From Octopus sinensis (lineage: Eukaryota): 64,000 nucleotides of DNA. Below are positions 62,810 through 64,000 of this stretch, piece by piece; the first letter of the stretch is position 1, and each line of letters begins with the position of its first letter. The DNA lies in assembly GCF_006345805.1 (NCBI RefSeq), contig NC_043001.1, positions 121,148,001-121,212,000 on the forward strand. The letters run 5' to 3'. Below the pieces are notes generated by a model that saw only the letters and a program-made list of their open reading frames with translations, was not told where the DNA came from and searched no databases. Made by a program: the position numbers and the translations under genes.

Positions 62810-64000
62810 GTAATGGTTTATTTTGCTAATCCATTAACTCAACAGCTGCAGGTTTCAAATACTGACGTTGACATTGTGATGTTTTTGGAAGAAGATAATT
62901 TCTTTTATTCTACTATAAAGCTGTAAAATAGGTAGTATACAACTGGCAAGTTAATCTACAACTAAACACTTTCTCATTTACATGTTATTTAACTCTGTTG
63001 ATTACGTCCCTTCTTTTCATTATTTTAATCAAAGATACATACTAGCTTCAAAAACAACCACCCATTCCTTCCTTTTCGTTTTTTCTGCAAAGCCCATAAC
63101 TGAGCTCAGATCCTATGGGGAAACCTCTTCTCAATAGAAACAGAGCAATGGCTCCCTAGCTTATTTTGTTATGGAACCCTTATACAGTTTTCTCAAAATC
63201 ACAAAACTGTGTGGAAATATGTCATAAATATAAAGTGTTCGTGATACTCTGTAAAAGAGTTTGAACACTCTGGACAACCACTGTTATTCTGACATTAAAC
63301 AAAACAAAAATTGTTTGAGTTTGAAGGAATTTATCTGGATAAAAAGAAACTTAACTAACTTCTTATTTTGAAAATGGTGTAAATCAATTTTTTTTCATAA
63401 AATACATTTTTATTGAATTTTATCAAGGTACTTCCCTCATGTTGCAAAACTCCAGGATTTTTTCATGGAGTGCTGGGATTCAGAGAAGGTCATATGAAGA
63501 AATAGTGTCATAGAGGGCCCTATGCAACAAACAGCCTCATTTATTAATTACGTTTTCTCTGATAAAAAAAAGTTGAGGGTAGAAGATTTTACCATGCTAC
63601 AGACATTGATTTGGAGGACATTACAAATGTCAACTAGAGACCAGCATTTAGTATACACAGTCAGTGTGTGTAAAACCGGATTACCAGGAAACCAGTATTT
63701 TGGGACTGTGGTGCTGGTGTTGGTGGTGTTAATGTTGACTAGAGCAATACAGAATTGAACTGAGTGCATTACAGTTGACATTTAGCTTTATCTTCCTTGA
63801 TTCAGAATTCATGTTCTATTTGGGATGTTTTAAAAAGTGCCAATAATCTTTCGTTCCTTCATTCATTTTATATTCATTTTCCTATGCTGGCATACAAATG
63901 ATACTTATTTGAGACAGTATTTTATGATTGGCTACTTTTCCTATCTCCAACCCTTACAAGTAAGGGATTTTTATTCCACTATTTTCAAAGCAAGAACTAC

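Noticed and set aside
62549-62926. 125-aa ORF as a standalone gene
   Set aside because: It is USP22 exon 5 with read-through into the flanking introns.

Overview
AT-rich, microsatellite-saturated eukaryotic DNA. The SINE/LINE families and (TA)n/(CATA)n density look like a coleoid cephalopod, probably Octopus (inferred from recognised repeat families, not a database search). One host gene is clear: the first five coding exons of a USP22/nonstop-type deubiquitinase (zf-UBP plus the start of the USP catalytic domain, + strand, 53606-62809, continuing past the window), behind a motif-rich CpG promoter at ~52.55-52.67 kb. The rest is a nested transposon landscape: a near-full RTE LINE whose RT carries an inserted C4HC3 PHD-like finger, a Gypsy remnant inside a Tigger/pogo element, L1/Tx1-like and R4/Dong-like LINE relics, Helitron relics, MITEs (including a 795-bp foldback with an 8-bp TSD), many tRNA-derived SINEs and two kilobase-scale (TATG)/(CATA) arrays. 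The most striking hidden signal is a set of at least five type-I hammerhead ribozyme motifs (2.1 kb and a 14.5-16.0 kb cluster) inside (TA)n-embedded inverted repeats that look like Penelope-like pLTR or retrozyme elements. Three have an unusually long stem II, two related copies differ in all three helices while keeping the pairing, and one has a compensatory U3-A8 core. Other leads: an R4/Dong family that seems to target (CATA)n, a uORF whose stop overlaps the USP22 start (AUGA), and CpG-depletion domains suggesting hidden transcription units. Most long ORFs in the supplied track are microsatellite translation artefacts. Repeat boundaries were read by eye and are approximate unless a TSD is given.
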